Source: Rhynchobatus australiae (taxonomy: Eukaryota). Taken from it: a stretch of 64,000 bases of DNA. Shown piece by piece: positions 62,976 through 64,000 of the stretch. The DNA lies in NCBI GenBank assembly GCA_034780895.1, contig JAUZTB010000088.1, positions 336,274 through 400,273 of the forward strand, in the 5' to 3' direction. Position 1 is the first letter of the stretch; every line of letters starts with the position of its first letter. The notes below the pieces were generated by a model that saw nothing but the letters and a program-made list of their open reading frames with translations, made no database searches and had not been told where the DNA came from. Both the position numbers and the translations under genes were made by a program.

Positions 62976-64000
62976 TGGGGAGCACCCGCACTGATGCCAG
63001 CGGTGTGAATTCGCGAGACTCCTTAACACAGAGTTGAAAGGCATAACAATAACAATAGGAGGCTGCAAGGCGTAGCACTCGGGCTTCGTGCAGAGTTTCT
63101 GCACTGCACTGATATGGACGGCACGCCGGCTACACCCGGCCGAATGCCAGTAATACAGAGGAACAGTGCGAAGAGTTACAGCTCTCAACCTTCCATGTGT
63201 TGCACCTGACTGTCGGTATTTTCGAGACCCTGCAGTCCATACACAGTGGTATGTGCTCGGAGAAATAGTCTGCACGCAATGGGGCAGTGTTGGGACTTTT
63301 TGTGAAGGAAGTCAGCGATTAATGGAGACCCCAATAAACGAATTTCACGGAACAGAATTGTTGGATTTGAATGAAATACATGTCACATGCAAAACAATCA
63401 AGAGTGTGCAGGTATTTGAGAACATAATGACAAGACCGTGGAAGTGAAGGACGGAACCAAGACAGGGATTGGATGCACCAAGGATCTTCAGCCAGTGCGG
63501 CCACATTGGGATGTGGAAGGAGGAAGGGTGAGATTGTGACAATGCAGAGCAGAACCCTGGATCACGGCTCAATAATGTCCGAGGGTGTCACTCATCTTCT
63601 GTACAGAGACATCATTCTGTTTGTGTTGACACGTCCGCCCAATAACGCGCCCGAAGCCCGAAATTAATCCCCGCTTCGGGCCAATCTTTAAGCACAGTCA
63701 GAGGCTGAATTGCAAAAATAAAACAACACAATTCCGGCCAATCACACTGCTTCTGTCACTGGTCCAGTTTCGTTTCTGGTCATTGGCAACACCCGGCGTT
63801 TTGATGGATGGGACTCAGCGATGGTGAAACAATTAAATGCCGTTGTTAGATGGTGGAAAGCTTCCTTGCTGCGGATGGTCATCACCTGGAAATTCTGTTG
63901 CGAGTATATTTCCTTGCTGGTGACCTGGTGCATTCTTAGATTTGATGCTTCTTAGAATATTGACCATAGAACAATGCAACACAGAACATACCCTTCGGCC

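Overview
This is eukaryotic (vertebrate) DNA, not bacterial. The CR1/HER1-type LINEs, V-SINEs, Penelope-derived hairpins and the receptor family point to a cartilaginous fish, probably a ray or skate (inference). The core of the window is a birth-and-death cluster of two-exon, GPR139/GPR142-like class A GPCR genes. It holds one apparently intact gene (minus strand, 40773-40707 + 38114-37201, 326 aa), one copy cut by the window edge (1-120), one cut by an assembly gap (54160-55476), and about six pseudogenes or fragments, in two subfamilies. The ORF track misses several features. These are degenerate, intron-containing pieces of a USP5 gene (exon 1 with its CpG-island promoter on +, the last three exons on -), an intron-containing tRNA-Pro (pseudo)gene, an internally deleted Gypsy chromovirus with both LTRs, an ERV env tail plus LTR, and an L1 endonuclease remnant. 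Most remaining sequence is decayed LINE/SINE or low-complexity DNA, with five 100-N gaps. Most ORF-track entries are spurious. Repeat boundaries are approximate, and all homologies were recognised by eye without database searches.
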